A DNA stretch of 13,796 nucleotides from Andalucia godoyi And28. Lineage: Eukaryota > Protista > Jakobida. The first letter of the stretch is position 1. Every line of letters starts with the position of its first letter. The DNA lies in the NCBI GenBank assembly GCA_009859145.1, contig VRVR01000005.1:1-13796 (forward strand). Reading direction: 5' to 3'. Below are positions 1 to 9,163 of the stretch, piece by piece. The notes under the pieces are model-generated. The model saw nothing but the letters and a program-made list of their open reading frames with translations, ran no database searches and was not told where the DNA came from. The translations under genes were made by a program, and so were the position numbers.

Positions 1-89
1 CCGTCCAAACAATTTCATTTGCAACGGTAGGAGTGGAGAAGTGTTGCTTCGGGATTGACGGAGGCGTGAATGCCATTTCGCTTCCCGTT

Positions 90-3000
90 CTACGCCTTCT
101 CCGTAGACGTAGCCTTTTTAAAGAACCCCGCAAAATATGACGATTTTCTTGAAGAGAACGAGGAGGTCTGAATGGATGGCTTTCGATACAGAATAGACTG
201 CGAATGTGACTGAGGAGGCCGTGAAGCAGGCACACAAACACCCGCAATGCTTTCAGAAGCCTGACGCCGCAGTTGCTTGCGCACAACGTATCCCCTCCAA
301 AAAGCCTGAATTCGTAATGCCATTAGACGACGTCTGGCCAACAAGAGCGGCCCGAAGAGCTGCCGCTGAATAACGACCGCTGATATCCATCTTTGATGGA
401 AAAATGACCGGCGGCAACAATGGCGCCACCACCGTTGGACCTGCAGTGCGCTTGAGTGTCTGACACCAATGTTCCTTCTGCACACGATGGATTTCCACAC
501 AGATTGAATTCGTGTAATACGACTCACGTCGAATGCAATAGAAGGGCAATGGCGAACGAAGCGAGACAATACATGCGACGCCACGTTTGCCCTCGAGGAT
601 TCCTTGATTTGGCTCACAACCCTGCGCTGGACAATAACATGCAGGAACAGCTTGCAGAAGCGAGACAGTCGACAGAGGGTGAGTTTTCGTCGGACAAATT
701 GTTGAATGAGCAGTGCGGCTTCTCTGCTTCGATTATTGAAAAGCAGCTGCCTGTACATGCGGAACATCGACTGAAATCGTGATAAGCGCGCATGAAGTCT
801 TTCCAAATCTAATTGCGACAACCGAGACAAAATAACCTTTTGGACATCGGTTGCCTGATCCCATCTTTTCACAATGCTTCTCGTTGCGGATCCCTTCATG
901 ACTCTTTGGATGGTTCGAATATTCTTGTCTCGTCCCTCTTGCCGCACTCGGTGGCTACTGTTCCAAAAGAACTTCTGAAGACGGAGCGCAATAGCGATGA
1001 GACGCACAAACTGGCGACGCCGCACGTACATGCGCCAAGTAGCAGCAATCCGTGTAGATGCATTCACAGCTCGGCGGAATCTGCGTTTTTGGAAAAACAT
1101 CAGCAGCACACGACGGACGGTGGATTGCAGTTCATATTTGCGACGACGTCGAATGTCCGCGAAGCGCTTCCGCAGCCATTTTTGTACAACGCTTGCGGCA
1201 GCTTCGTGGGAATGCAGAATTTGACGGCACGCCATGCCTCGAACTATGGGCGACAGCAGGCTGCTGAGACGCTTCAATGCAAACATTCTTTTCAGCCCGT
1301 GCTGAAGCAGCATCGCGGATTGGATGAGACAAATGATCCGACAGTACCGCGAGAAGGACGGCACAAGAAATCTTCGGATAGAGGATTGCAACACAAGACG
1401 AGCGGCGAGTTCAGACGACATCTTTCGATGATGGCTTCGCATTTTGACTGCTACTCCAAGGGTCTTTGCGGCCACACTTCGACGAAGAGCACTCGAATGC
1501 GACAAGAAACTTTGAGCTTTAACGGCGATCGCAGACGATGCAATTTGGATTCGCCGAATCCGACGAAAAGCAAGTGTCTTCCTCCAGCTCAGTTGAATGA
1601 CAGCGGCACATCGATGACACCTCGCCATTTTCAGACGGACTATCTTCGATCGCCAGACAACTCCAATTTTTGCGATCAACCTGCGAAACCTTCGGAAGTT
1701 TCGAAGCATTAACCAGCCCCGGCCACATTGTTGCACTCTCTTCCACAAATACGACACCCGCGCTTGTCGGTGACGAAATTTCGAGCACGGCTGGATCTTG
1801 GATAGGCCGAGTTGAACTGCGGAGAACTGTCGGCGATCAAGAATTTGTCTCCAACGTCGCTGAAGGACGGCGGCAGCGGCAGAGCGCTTTATGGTCCGTA
1901 GCCAGTCCATTCGCTGACGAATCAAACGCTGGAGGATAAGAACGGACGAGCGAAGCCGTGTGAGCCGCTGACGACAAAGGAAGCCCCGGAACCATGTCTG
2001 CAGGCGAAGTGCAGATCGCATCATCATTTGGCGATGCAATCTCATTAAGAAGCCACGCGACCTTTGCTGAAGGATTATGGATGCGGCATGCATTCGACAA
2101 TTGAGAGTGATTTGGTGGACAAGCTTCGATTGGATATCCGCCAAACGGATCATGTTTCGCCGATTAAATGCGACTCGACAGTCTCTCCGACAGCAGTACA
2201 TGCTCTGTATTTGTCGAGCGGCTACCATCTGGCGATCACGCAGCCGACGTGCTGAAAATACCCGAAAAGCGCGCTGCAACGGCTCAGACCGCTCCCGCTC
2301 CCAACGGAGATGCAATCTCGCATATCTGCCACGACACACACGAGAAATCAGACGACTTGCTCGAAGTATTCGTTGTGCATAATGAGCATGTACCCATCGT
2401 CTGATCTCGCATTGAACCCTCTGGACACGAGCCACAAATTGCCGGTACGCACATTTAGCAAGACGTCCTCGCACATTCGTCTGAAACGCGATGCAGTTCT
2501 GCAGCAGTCGCAGATACATTCTGCTGCATAAAACTTTGCGAAACACAGACTGAATCTTTGTCGCAAGCTGCGATCGCAGGCCTGTCAAAAACATAGCACG
2601 GTGACTTCTGTACATTTGCTGAATGAGAATCGCAGACAATTTTTGGCTCCGCAGCCTCTGACGTTCCTGCATGCTCCTCCACAGCCGCTGGATGCGCACC
2701 GCAGCATGAAAAGATCGCAACAGTTTTCTGAACACGATTCTCTTACGAATGTGCGCTCGAAGAGTGTCAAATGCTCGGACAATCTTCTTCCAAAATCGTC
2801 GAGCAAGGAAGCGTGACACAATTCTTCGCAGAAGACGTTGGAACTGTGCCATGCGATTTCGCTTCAGTCTGTAGATCGCGCATCGAACGAATGACAATAC
2901 ATGCTGGGAGGCAGTGTATCTCAAACACTGTACACTCTGAGAAACCATTCTCATTCCCATCTTCTGCAGCAAGCAGGCAGACCTTTGCAACTTTCTGACA

Positions 3001-5660
3001 ACCACCTGCGAATGGTGGCGTCTCCAAGCTCGCTGCAAATGGATCGCCATTTGGGTATCCCTATGCAGGTGAAGACGAGAAATGTGTGTGCGGCACACTC
3101 GAATGAGCAGCTTCATGACTCGACGATTGTGGCGGAAGATTCGTAGACACCTCTTGCATCGAACCCATTGTTGGAGTTTGACGCATGCTGCGCGCTGTCT
3201 TTGGAACCGAAGCCAATGCACAGATCTTCTCCACAGCGATTGGGCCAAAATAACAGAAGCGCGTGTTTGCAAAAATTTCCTCCGAAGCAGACAGGACAGC
3301 CAGGTGTTTTGAATACGAGATGCACACAGATTCATCTGCTTCTTCTTGGATAGTGCAAGCAAATGTCTCCACCAGAATTGAATTCTGCGACAAGCTAAAT
3401 CCGTGGACTGCACACGGAGAACTAGCCGGAATCGTCGCTGTATTGACAGAACAATTCGTCGCAGACGCAAAAATGAGTTGCGAAACTTGCAGGATTTCCA
3501 ACGCAAAATAACGCGCTTCAGTAAATCGCGAATGCGCTGATGAGAGGAAATCAAGCGGTTAGCAGCAACAAACTGTTGAATTCTAGAGGCGGCTTCCAGA
3601 CGCTTAGACAACCCCACATTTGCTGAAAACCCGCGGTACACTCGTTGAATTGTCAGAGCTGCGCGTTGCTCTCGAAGCTGCCGTTGCTGCTGCAAGAAGC
3701 TCAATGTTCTTCTTGAAATTTTGATTTGGCTGCGTATAATCACATCTACTCTGCGTCGTGCTAAATGCCCCGTAGCAAGAGCGGAGAGACGAAGGAATCC
3801 AACTCTTGCCTCGTCCGCAAATTCCTTCGCACGAACCTGCCGAATACACGAGCATATCGTCGTGCACGCGTCTTTCATCTGCAGGTAGGAACGTCTGGAT
3901 AATCGCATGCGAACATGAGAGGAGACAAACGACGATAGACAACGCAAAAACAAAATGCGACGCAAGCATGCAGCTCTCCGGAACAAGGCTTGGATTCTAC
4001 AAACGAGACGCACGGTTTCTGCAAGAACTCGTCGGGTTATGCACGATCGGATGAAGCTGCACATCAGGGCAGCACTGGCACGCCTGCAATTTGCGAGACG
4101 TCGGTCACTCCATGATCGGCAGATGCGTTGAACATTTGTCGCAGACAACTTCAATGCGAATAAATACCGCTGCAGGGCTTTGCGACGAACGTAAGATCGG
4201 AGACAGCGTGCACCGAATTGTCTTTGGAAATTGGCGATGCGTTGCAAAACACCACGGAAAATGGCCTGCAGATATCGAACGAGACGGAGGTCGTAGGGAT
4301 ACTGCCAACGACTTCGCAGCCATTTTTGGATGTCTAATCCACTCTGGCGCTGATGGAGAAACCTCCTCCTAGTTTGGAACAATTTCCAGAGAGACTGAAT
4401 GACAACCGCAGCAGATCTCCGAACGCTTTCCTTCCAAATGAACAATGCCAAACGCACACGGTACCCACGAAAAACGCGTTGGATGAATACTGCTGATTCC
4501 AGTCGTCTCTTCTCGTCTCGATATTTTTGTACAAGCTGAACGGCAGACAGTCGCCTGTCATGATCCGCAGAGTACGACTTTGCCCGACTTAATTTTCGCA
4601 AAGTTGTCTTACCGTGACAAAATGGGTTTGCCATCGATCTTCTCACAAAATACCCACGGAGGTATCGTTGAATGCAGACGGCAGCGTCCCAACGTCTTCG
4701 ATAAACACTAGGACGAAGTGCGGAATCCGGTGCAAAATGGGGAATAAGGCGTCCAGAAGTCGACGACATGAGACGAAAAAGCGTTCCATCGCTCCCGGAT
4801 GATTTCGGAGGACTCGGCAGCTGCTTCCGCTTTGCTTTTGCACCGGACGATCGGCCCAGAGACTTTTGCGGAGTAACAATATTCTCCAATTTGAGAGGAG
4901 TCGCTGCCTTGCGTGGAAGCACGGGCTGCGTAGAGGCGTTTCCCTTCTTTTTGAACAGCGGAGGCTGAAGAGCGTTGGAGACAAACGAGTCCAATGCGTC
5001 CGCAGAAGAGAACCGCACATTAGGAGTGAATGCATAAGTCGGTGCACGAATAAGATTTTGCAGGTCCTGCAAACACTGGTGAAGCCGAGTGTTAAGACCC
5101 GCAGCTTCCAAGCAGGATGCAAGTCCCAACAAATACACATCCTGAGAAACCAGAGACGAGCCCAAGAAAATGCCAGACTCGAAAGACAGCAGCGCAGCAT
5201 CAAATTTCTTCTTTCGACGAAAATACATGGCCTGCAAATAGCATACAACTTTTCGAAAGGACTCCGCACTGGTCATCTCCTTGCAGTGCTTTCGAGACAG
5301 CACGAACGAAGCAGTTTCAAGACAAAATGCAACAGTCTTTTCGTCGGACAATGCAGAAGCTTTCGAGGTTCTTTCTGAGTTCAGGACGGAAGCGGAGCAC
5401 CAGCAAGCAAGTCGAACACAGTGTTCCGCAAGTGATAGGTCGTAGTTCCAGTCCAGAACCTTCCGGTACTTCATCAAGGCGGCGGAATAGTCTCCGGAAC
5501 TTTCAGAGCGACACCCATCCTCCTCAATCAACAGAAAGTCTACGGCAAGCTTTCTATCCGTACCTCTTGCAAGAAACAACGACGGCAGAGATCCGGACAG
5601 ATTGCTGACAATCCGACCTGGGGGCTTTTCCAACTCCAACGGAACAGGTAAGATCGCCAT
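90..5660 (-). CDS. Giant IQ-motif repeat (calmodulin/EF-hand-binding) protein, ASPM-like IQ array with TPR-like N-terminal region
   Basis: Uninterrupted ORF of about 1856 aa. The track start at 5666 is TTG; the first ATG is at 5660. Dozens of IQxxxRGxxxR-type motifs (IQRYLRGYFVRR, IQRVFRGYRVR, IQRVYRGFSAN, LQTWFRGFLCR, IQAFWRGYVVRK). No ASH, CH or C-terminal HEAT domain recognised, so the ASPM symbol is withheld. Confidence 0.85.
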   Translation of the reverse strand: MAILPVPLELEKPPGRIVSNLSGSLPSLFLARGTDRKLAVDFLLIEEDGCRSESSGDYSAALMKYRKVLDWNYDLSLAEHCVRLACWCSASVLNSERTSKASALSDEKTVAFCLETASFVLSRKHCKEMTSAESFRKVVCYLQAMYFRRKKKFDAALLSFESGIFLGSSLVSQDVYLLGLASCLEAAGLNTRLHQCLQDLQNLIRAPTYAFTPNVRFSSADALDSFVSNALQPPLFKKKGNASTQPVLPRKAATPLKLENIVTPQKSLGRSSGAKAKRKQLPSPPKSSGSDGTLFRLMSSTSGRLIPHFAPDSALRPSVYRRRWDAAVCIQRYLRGYFVRRSMANPFCHGKTTLRKLSRAKSYSADHDRRLSAVQLVQKYRDEKRRLESAVFIQRVFRGYRVRLALFIWKESVRRSAAVVIQSLWKLFQTRRRFLHQRQSGLDIQKWLRSRWQYPYDLRLVRYLQAIFRGVLQRIANFQRQFGARCLRSYVRRKALQRYLFALKLSATNVQRICRSWSDRRLANCRRASAALMCSFIRSCITRRVLAETVRLVCRIQALFRRAACLRRILFLRCLSSFVSSHVRMRLSRRSYLQMKDACTTICSCIRQVRAKEFADEARVGFLRLSALATGHLARRRVDVIIRSQIKISRRTLSFLQQQRQLREQRAALTIQRVYRGFSANVGLSKRLEAASRIQQFVAANRLISSHQRIRDLLKRVILRWKSCKFRNSFLRLRRIVLSIQRRFRLVLRVQSTDLACRRIQFWWRHLLALSKKKQMNLCASRIQNTWLSCLLRRKFLQTRASVILAQSLWRRSVHWLRFQRQRAACVKLQQWVRCKRCLRIFRHNRRVMKLLIRVCRTHISRLHLHRDTQMAIHLQRAWRRHHSQVVVRKLQRSACLLQKMGMRMVSQSVQCLRYTASQHVLSFVRCAIYRLKRNRMAQFQRLLRRIVSRFLARRFWKKIVRAFDTLRAHIRKRIVFRKLLRSFHAAVRIQRLWRSMQERQRLRSQKLSAILIQQMYRSHRAMFLTGLRSQLATKIQSVFRKVLCSRMYLRLLQNCIAFQTNVRGRLAKCAYRQFVARVQRVQCEIRRWVHAHYAQRILRASRLISRVCRGRYARLHLRWERERSEPLQRAFRVFSARRLRDRQMVAARQIQSMYCCRRDCRVAFNRRNMIRLADIQSKLVHQITLNCRMHAASIILQQRSRGFLMRLHRQMMMRSALRLQTWFRGFLCRQRLTRLRSSVLILQRLIRQRMDWLRTIKRSAAAAVLQRRWRQILDRRQFSAVQLGLSKIQPCSKFRHRQARVSYLWKRVQQCGRGWLMLRNFRRFRRLIAKIGVVWRSKIVRLKMARCHRCAAVIQLSWRKTLAFRRIRRIQIASSAIAVKAQSFLSHSSALRRSVAAKTLGVAVKMRSHHRKMSSELAARLVLQSSIRRFLVPSFSRYCRIICLIQSAMLLQHGLKRMFALKRLSSLLSPIVRGMACRQILHSHEAAASVVQKWLRKRFADIRRRRKYELQSTVRRVLLMFFQKRRFRRAVNASTRIAATWRMYVRRRQFVRLIAIALRLQKFFWNSSHRVRQEGRDKNIRTIQRVMKGSATRSIVKRWDQATDVQKVILSRLSQLDLERLHARLSRFQSMFRMYRQLLFNNRSREAALLIQQFVRRKLTLCRLSRFCKLFLHVIVQRRVVSQIKESSRANVASHVLSRFVRHCPSIAFDVSRITRIQSVWKSIVCRRNIGVRHSSALQVQRWWRHCCRRSFFHQRWISAVVIQRQLFGPLLLARRRLMALRIQAFWRGYVVRKQLRRQASESIAGVCVPASRPPQSHSQSILYRKPSIQTSSFSSRKSSYFAGFFKKATSTEKA
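270..4685 (-). repeat. Protein-level tandem array of degenerate IQ motifs, often about 23 aa apart
   Basis: Successive motifs IQSLWK, IQKWLR, LQAIFR, LRSYVR, VQRICR, MCSFIR, IQALFR start 23, 20, 23, 23, 23 and 23 residues apart. The DNA is not visibly repetitive, implying an old array. Confidence 0.85.
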
Positions 5661-6119
5661 CAACAACCAATCATGAACGCTGTGAAATCTATGGTGGGGG
5701 AAAAAACCGTAAAGCCTTCCTGAACCCTACGAGAAGCGACTTGCTTGCGAAATCTTACTTATTGTGTTTGGTTTGCACAATGACGATTGGGACTTCTGAT
5801 GTGTGTATATGGTGTAGACCACTGGTGGATGGGTGCAATCAAGAGGCGGAATGGTGCTTTTCTTCTCAATCCCCTTCGTTTTCTTGTTGTCAAACCTTTC
5901 ACCCATCCTCCAAAAAAAAAAAAAAAATATGATGCTGAAAAAAATCAAAAAGGAAACCGCAAAAGCATAGCATCAAATGAGTCGTTCAGCATCAAGCGCC
6001 AAGAAAAGACAGGGGGGAAGTGGGGGAAGTGGGAAAAAGCAAAAGGGTCCGCTGTGTCGGAGTGATCATCGCCAGCTCCGTGTTTTTTGTCTTTGTGCTG
6101 CTGTTGTTGACTGTTTCCG
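5661..6119. promoter_or_regulatory. Divergent (head-to-head) intergenic region between the IQ-array gene and STK19
   Basis: Both flanking ORFs start here, pointing outward. A-rich on the left part and T/GT-rich next to the STK19 ATG. Confidence 0.55.
5912..5927 (+). repeat. Poly(A)16 tract
   Basis: 16 consecutive A in the intergenic spacer. Confidence 0.95.
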
Positions 6120-6947
6120 ATGATTTCTGGCTGTGCAACGCAGGCGTCTTACAAGAGATCATACAGCTTGACTGAACCGAATGGAGCGTCTTCACTGGCA
6201 GATTCGATAGTGTCACGACCTTCGAAGCGAACGCGGCGCGAGCCGGCTATAGATCCCACTCCGTTGCTGCTGGAGCTTGATGATGTTGATGAAGCACTGG
6301 CGAGCACTTCCGAAGTGTCACTCGTCGCGGACCACATCCTAAGCACTTTTCCGGCCTCCAAGTTCCCAGCTGTGATTCCGTTTTTCCCTGTGCACTTCAT
6401 TTATAACCATTTTGCGGATCGATCCGCTGCCGATGCAGAATTGCACCAGCTCTCGCAGTTGCAGTACGTCATCACGCGTCTTCCGTGCCTGCCCTGCGAA
6501 GACGTAGTGTTTCCGTTGGAATGTTGGAAGCAGCAGTTGGCTGCAAACCAACACGTTCCTGCAATGCTCAAAGAGGATGTTATGGCGTCGATCCGTAGCG
6601 GTCAGGTCGAGCGTCTTCATCTCGCAGACGTTGCAAAACGGCGAATCTTGCTCTCGCAAGGGTTTTATTCTGTTCCTGCGGAGAAGGAACTTGGAGTTGC
6701 AGACGAGTTCTTGCGTATTTCCATTCCAAATGCTGTGTCGGTAGCGACCGACTTGAGAAGGGCACGTAGGGCGTTGCTGGGGATTTTCAAGGGGAGAGCG
6801 GTGCCAGAAGTCCCCGTAAGCCACATTGTCGAAAGAATTTACTCCAAGCTTCCGCCTATTTGGGCTGTGTGGGATGCTATTGGGAAAAAGGTCTGTGAAG
6901 TTATCCACGCTCCTTCTGGGAAGCTGCTCGTTTGCGACAATCCATGA
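6120..6947 (+). CDS. STK19: STK19-family protein (tandem winged-helix DNA-repair factor, historically annotated as Ser/Thr kinase 19)
   Basis: 275 aa, ATG to TGA. Motif order matches STK19: FP..FP..IP....H.IY..FADRSAADAELHQL (human FP..LPPIVLRSQVYSLVPDRTVADRQLKEL), ISIPNA (LAVPGAG), RRALLGIFK (RQAVLSMVRK), WDAIGKKVCEVIHAPSGKLL (HDLIGAQLVDCISTTSGTLL). Confidence 0.8.
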   Translation: MISGCATQASYKRSYSLTEPNGASSLADSIVSRPSKRTRREPAIDPTPLLLELDDVDEALASTSEVSLVADHILSTFPASKFPAVIPFFPVHFIYNHFADRSAADAELHQLSQLQYVITRLPCLPCEDVVFPLECWKQQLAANQHVPAMLKEDVMASIRSGQVERLHLADVAKRRILLSQGFYSVPAEKELGVADEFLRISIPNAVSVATDLRRARRALLGIFKGRAVPEVPVSHIVERIYSKLPPIWAVWDAIGKKVCEVIHAPSGKLLVCDNP

Positions 6948-7142
6948 CTATGTCAAGGTACTCTGCACGCGTGTGGTTTTGTGTTGACGCTTTGCGGACA
7001 TTGCTCGTTGTGTTCCTTGTGCAGCAACGGCAGGAGTAGGAGTGATATCGGATTGAACAAGTAGTTGTTTTTCTTTTTCAATTATCATCACCACAGTACA
7101 AGGGTTAAAAAGAATATATAAAAGCCATAGAGAGTGGGCCTG

Positions 7143-7985
7143 TCAAATCATGTTCGAGGCATTCGAGGTCTTGGATCTGGAACCGGTAAGTGGTACTGTT
7201 TCAGAAAGCTCTTTGTTCTTCTTACCTGGAGTACTCGCAGATCTGGAGATAAATCCCTGCTCCGAAACTTCTCTTCCTACCGCCCACGTTGCCGCGGTAA
7301 ATTGGACATTGGCTAAGAACCAAAATACGATTGCCAACAAGGCCGCAGCGAGCGAATCGGAAGAATTCCAATCGTAGTGAGCGCCATCCACTGCCAGCGC
7401 CGCCATGGGAGCGTAGAACGGAGCAATTCCCTTGAAATCGCTGACCGACGGTGCCGATGCAGAGTACGAGAACACTCCTGCGGCAAACAAGATCATGGAC
7501 ACCCACGCAAAAAAGACCCAAACGGCCTTGAGTGCGAACGGCGGAAGAGGCACCGAGGTGTACGCATCGTCTGTAGACATGCGCAAAAGGGAAAAGATGA
7601 TCACAGGGCACACCAGCAAGATGGACAGCGCAGTTAAGACATAGAATGGCCGAGGTGATGATTCAATCAGCTTGTGGCAAAAGTCGGAAATCGCGGAATG
7701 CGACGACCCCAAGTTGGAGCAGGAGCGGACGAATGACGTCGAATAGACGAAAGGCGGAGTTGCACCGGGAACGATTGTTGCGCCGATTACTTTATATGAT
7801 GACACCGAAACATCGACAACAGACATGAGAGTTGTCGATTGTGCCGTGCAGCTGTAGACAAACCACGATCCGCCGTTCAGGGCGAGAATCGCAAGAATAA
7901 TCGCGCATGCGTACGTCATGAACGTCGACGCAAATGTGAACCGCTGCGCCTTGATGCAGCAAACCTTCACTATGTTTCCCCTCAT
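7143..7985 (-). CDS. Four-transmembrane protein, claudin/PMP22/Sur7-like topology, function unknown
   Basis: The track start at 8006 is TTG; the first ATG is at 7985 (280 aa). Four hydrophobic segments (FMTYACAIILAILAL, FYVLTALSILLVCPVIIFSLL, AVWVFFAWVSMILFAAGVF, LAAALLAIVFWFLANV), W just after TM1, a large Cys-containing first loop and a polar C-tail. The claudin GLW signature is absent. Confidence 0.7.
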   Translation of the reverse strand: MRGNIVKVCCIKAQRFTFASTFMTYACAIILAILALNGGSWFVYSCTAQSTTLMSVVDVSVSSYKVIGATIVPGATPPFVYSTSFVRSCSNLGSSHSAISDFCHKLIESSPRPFYVLTALSILLVCPVIIFSLLRMSTDDAYTSVPLPPFALKAVWVFFAWVSMILFAAGVFSYSASAPSVSDFKGIAPFYAPMAALAVDGAHYDWNSSDSLAAALLAIVFWFLANVQFTAATWAVGREVSEQGFISRSASTPGKKNKELSETVPLTGSRSKTSNASNMI

Positions 7986-8307
7986 CACAACGGGCTGCAG
8001 CGGCAAGTGGGACGGAGGGAGGAATATAACAGTATGCGCTGAGATGAGGCATAGTAAATATTATAATAATAAAAAAACCGCTGAGATGGACCACGGAAAA
8101 GCCAAGCCCAAAAAAAAGACTGGGTGTCGCTAGGAATTCCCGATCGGAGAAAAAAGGGTTCCAGCTTGATGCTTCATCCGCTCTCTGTTCCCCCCCCCCT
8201 CTTCTCGCCCCCAACACTGCACTCTGTTTCTTTCTCCTTTTGACTCTTCTCTTTTCTGATTTCAGCGAAACCTTTTTCATTCGACCGTACAACTACCGTT
8301 CAAGAGA
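7986..8307. promoter_or_regulatory. Divergent intergenic region between the 4-TM gene and TXNDC17
   Basis: Head-to-head ORFs. A-rich left half, pyrimidine-rich right half including C10 at 8190-8199. Confidence 0.5.
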
Positions 8308-8733
8308 ATGCACACTGTCAACGTTACGGATGCTCTCCGAGCCAAAGAAGAGGCGTATGCCGTGCTTGCAGCAAACCCATCTGCAAAGGTCCTGCTGTAC
8401 TTTTATGGAGGCCCCGATGCGGAAACTGGTGCGATCTCGTGGTGTGGCGACTGTGTGAAGACCAAGGCGCCTGTGGAGAACGCATTGGCATCTCTTTCTG
8501 AAGAGCAGTCCGCCAACCTGTACGTTTTGCACGTGTCTCTTGAGCGCCCGCTGTACAGAGACCGCGCTGCGTTTACGCCGCGTCGTGACGAGACCATTCA
8601 TCTTGAGGCCATCCCGAACCTCATCCATGTTGCATCCACAGAGCCACGCGATGCAGAGGAGAGGCTTATTGAAGGAGAGCTTGCGGACCAGGAGAAGGTG
8701 CGCCAGTTCCTCATCAAGGTCGTTTCGGAATAA
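8308..8733 (+). CDS. TXNDC17: Thioredoxin-domain protein 17 / TRP14 (DUF953) homologue
   Basis: 141 aa. LLYFYGGPDAETGAISWCGDCV matches the family pattern (F.G..D..G.SWCPDC), followed by V...R..YRD....R and the cis-Pro segment IPNLI. Confidence 0.88.
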   Translation: MHTVNVTDALRAKEEAYAVLAANPSAKVLLYFYGGPDAETGAISWCGDCVKTKAPVENALASLSEEQSANLYVLHVSLERPLYRDRAAFTPRRDETIHLEAIPNLIHVASTEPRDAEERLIEGELADQEKVRQFLIKVVSE

Positions 8734-8765
8734 AGGCCTGCAAGGGATGGTGATGCGACGTCGTC

Positions 8766-8791
8766 TTTTTTTTTTTTTTTTGTGTGTGTGT
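8766..8791 (+). repeat. Poly(T)16 followed by (GT)5 microsatellite
   Basis: Read directly from the sequence, just downstream of the TXNDC17 stop. Confidence 0.9.
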
Positions 8792-9163
8792 ACGTTCTTC
8801 AGTTGCTCTTTTGTGCTCTCTTGTAAAATTGACTGGATTTTCCCCACGCGCAAAACCCGTTGTTCTTGGACATTGCTACCCTTCTGCGCCAAGCTCGTGC
8901 GTCTGCAGGTTCATACAGTCCGTCGTACAGTCACACAGGAAGAGTGGGTGAGGAAAAAACAGCTGCAGTAAAAACTTGAAGTTTCAATCGACCACCCAAA
9001 AACCGACCAATTTGTGTGAGCCCTTTCTTTCCTTTTTCGCAGCGTTTGTCCAATCGCCTTGTTGTTTTTTGTTTTGTTTTGTTTCGTCTTTTTCCTCCTC
9101 CTCGGTTTGCCACATTTTGTTGACGAGGTTCGAGCTCACAGACATTCGCGCTTTTCCTAACAA

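Noticed and set aside
1-105. Five ACGG/CCGT cores clustered at the left edge (MSA-like)
   Set aside because: A 4-nt core is too weak, two copies fall at or within the end of the CDS, and the downstream gene is outside the window.
813-1712. 299-aa plus-strand ORF and many other ORFs antisense to the IQ gene
   Set aside because: Fully nested opposite a well-supported CDS, with no recognisable motifs; shadow ORFs.
4643-5608. Overlapping 160-210 aa ORFs in alternative frames
   Set aside because: They overlap the IQ-gene frame, some start at non-ATG codons, and none shows family features.
90-5660. Calling the IQ protein ASPM or a myosin
   Set aside because: No CH/ASH domains and no myosin motor P-loop (GESGAGKT) were seen; only the IQ array is shared.
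8729-8734. AATAAA overlapping the TXNDC17 stop as a poly(A) signal
   Set aside because: Single instance, not repeated at the other gene ends.
8293-8971. ORFs 8293-8892 (-) and 8540-8971 (+) with poly-Lys/Arg or poly-Phe
   Set aside because: Produced by translation through the T16/(GT)n tract and overlapping TXNDC17.
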